Source of the DNA: Fimbriosthenelais zetlandica
Taxonomy: Eukaryota
NCBI GenBank assembly: GCA_977030845.1
Contig: OZ365110.1
Coordinates: 35,216,001 to 35,280,000, forward strand
Direction of reading: 5' to 3'
DNA length: 64,000 nt
Notes under the pieces: generated by a model
What the model was told of the DNA's origin: nothing
Databases searched by the model: none
The model's input: only the letters and a program-made list of their open reading frames with translations
Made by a program: the position numbers and the translations under genes
Shown: positions 61,788 through 64,000 of the stretch, in pieces
How the letters are laid out: each line of letters begins with the position of its first letter
How positions within the stretch are numbered: the first letter of the stretch is position 1

Positions 61788-62145
61788 TCCTGCTTTATTA
61801 ACACCAGTCAGCCGTTTAGACTGAATATGTGCCATAATGACAACGATTAGTATTAACGTCTCTCAAATGCAATGGTTCTTTTGTTGCTCGGGTCAGTGCG
61901 CGCGGTAAGTGTATTGAGCAAATACTTCGGGGTGGTAAATTTTACATTACATTTTACATACAATACATATACAAGTGTCATTATATACTCCTAACGTCCC
62001 TTCAAACGCAGTTCAATAAACTTCACATAAGTGTTTTTATGACCGATTTTTATAAAACTCTTTTATTCAGTTAAAGCACAGGGGATAGTAGCAATACACA
62101 AGTATGAAGTACTTATGGGTTCATCTAATTCTCATCAGTTAGACA

Positions 62146-62176
62146 TCCCCCTTCATTGAATATCAATGAAGGGGGA
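62146..62176. repeat. Perfect 14-bp inverted repeat with a 3-nt loop
   Basis: TCCCCCTTCATTGA-ATA-TCAATGAAGGGGGA. Confidence 0.9.
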
Positions 62177-64000
62177 CTTTTTATTAGTGTTTATTGCCTG
62201 CTAAATTCTGTCTAGATTTCCCTTAGGACGAAGCAGAGCTATTAAGAAGAACAAATATTTGCAGCTTCCGTGCGGCTCCTCATTAATTTGACGTCAGTTC
62301 ACACAGAAGTCTCGGCAAATCTCGGCGGTACGAGACGTAACGTCAGCTAACGTCACAGCAGGAGTTGACACCTTCTGGTTTACCAACAGCAAGCTAGTCG
62401 GTGTTCAGAAGTAACTCAGGTTTTATTCAGAGGTGTTTTGGTAGCAAAGGTTTACAAAGGTAGATTGGTCGTATTATGAGACACACTGACAGGCATTAAG
62501 TGTAGCACAAGGCAATGATGTCCCATTGACAAGGGGAGCAGGGGGAGCCAATAGGGAAGGAAGTTCAATATATTATCGATGATTAGACCATAGTGGGTAT
62601 TCAGCCTTCGCTTTATGGGTTTCAATGGGCAAGGGGAGTGGGGAGGGACAGTTGGAATTATTGGCTCCGCAGGGGGGCTTCTTCACACGATGGGTATACC
62701 ATAGCAAACTCCACCCTGGCCAGTAGGGGGTATCAAAAGGGGCTTACAGGTTACACGAGATACGACCCAAGACACATTCACTACCAAACCAAGGGCAAGC
62801 CTTGGGAGGGCTTACCTGTTGCCCCTCCAACAGTTGGCCCGGGAAGGCGTTTCATGCAGAAACGCATTGGCAAAACCATATGATTACAAGGGGGTTGCAA
62901 CCTGTTCCAACAATGTATCAATGTATACTACCCTTCAAGTATTTCCTCCGATGTGTGTTCATTTCACAATTAATATCACACATAAAGGGCTGTAAGGGCA
63001 TGTTCCTGACTTGTCCGACACACAAGTGGTCTATTCTTAGTAGCAATTTTCTATAGGGAACTGTCAGAGGCATTACAAAGGCTACATTATCCCACCGGAA
63101 AAGGTCGAAGAAAAATGTTAATATTGTGTCAGAAAGACAGATAAGGACACTCTTAAAGACCTTTACTACTTGCCTTACTCGCAATCTTCACTCACAATGT
63201 TTAATAAAGAAAGAACTTGATTTCATTGTAAGGGATTTTCTAAAGGCCTTGCCTTAGATTATTTGCAAACAAACAGGAGCTTTTGAAGCAGTGCCAAGAA
63301 TGAGGACCCATATACAGACAAGGACATATATAACCACCCGGTAAGGTGGCCATTAATAAATGTCTTGAGGAGATGGCGATTCGCATGCAAGAAGCAACAC
63401 TTTATACCTCAATTTGGGAGGCCTGTGCACCTGAGTAGTGGAGGGGAGACAATTTGGACACCCTCATGTAAGGCTGACAGAAAAATTATCTTCATTCCTC
63501 AGTGAGTTGACACTAAAGACTTGAGAACACAATGAGAGGTAGCCAGTCCATCTAGATGGGTCTGATAGGTAGCAGGGGAGGGGAGCAAGATAGTGGTAGG
63601 TCGGGAGTGGTGTGTGTGTGGGGCAGCCTTAGACTGTTTGTATCATATTGCCTGGGGATATGAAAGCTTTAGACAAGGCTAAACAAATACCTCTCAGCTC
63701 TGATGTAGGGGCCACCGGGTGATGAGCTTTGCAGACATTTCTTGACTTCCACGTTGACAATAACCCTGTTTTCCTTCAAATTCCAGCAATTTTCTGTCTC
63801 AAGTAATCATGTAGCACTAGGATTTCATGACAACAATATTCATAGAACATCTTCAACTTCTTTTAAGCTCTGACAATGAGTGAACATGCCTGAAACTTGA
63901 GCAAACACCACCCACATGTCAACAACATGCGGTCATCCCCTTCCTTAAGGATTAACAGACTTAAGTTTATCTCATCAGATGGTTTAAGAGGCTTTCAGAG

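Noticed and set aside
1-64000. tRNA, rRNA, CRISPR arrays, autonomous transposons, prokaryotic operons
   Set aside because: None were recognised by eye. The window is intron-containing animal DNA. A covariance-model scan (tRNAscan-SE, Infernal/Rfam) and RepeatMasker would be needed to exclude degenerate cases.

Overview
Eukaryotic (animal) genomic DNA. It is most likely a lophotrochozoan and probably an annelid; this is inferred from the QFSFSLPGxWG peptides, which match the annelid AKH/GnRH-like peptide type. There are two gene units. (1) Positions 1-8.5 kb hold a tandem cluster of four small, spliced AKH/GnRH-superfamily neuropeptide precursor genes. A (+, 3633-4189) and C (+, 7468-8011) are intact two-peptide precursors. 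B (+, 5219-5694) keeps the signal peptide, the intron position and the C-x24-C associated peptide, but its hormone sequence is no longer recognisable. D (-, 848 to <1) is missed by the ORF track because a phase-2 intron splits its first peptide; it runs off the window edge. (2) A three-coding-exon Emx/empty spiracles homeobox gene lies on the minus strand (57487-56935, 46722-46553, 30258-29746; 411 aa), with introns of about 10.2 and 16.3 kb. It is separated from the peptide cluster by about 21 kb with no recognisable coding sequence. The non-coding DNA carries a family of ~67-bp Harbinger-like MITEs (some with nested insertions), a second MITE family, microsatellites and several candidate cis-regulatory motif clusters. 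I saw no rRNA, tRNA, CRISPR array or transposase/RT coding sequence. All calls are by eye with no database searches, and the regulatory motif calls are hypotheses.
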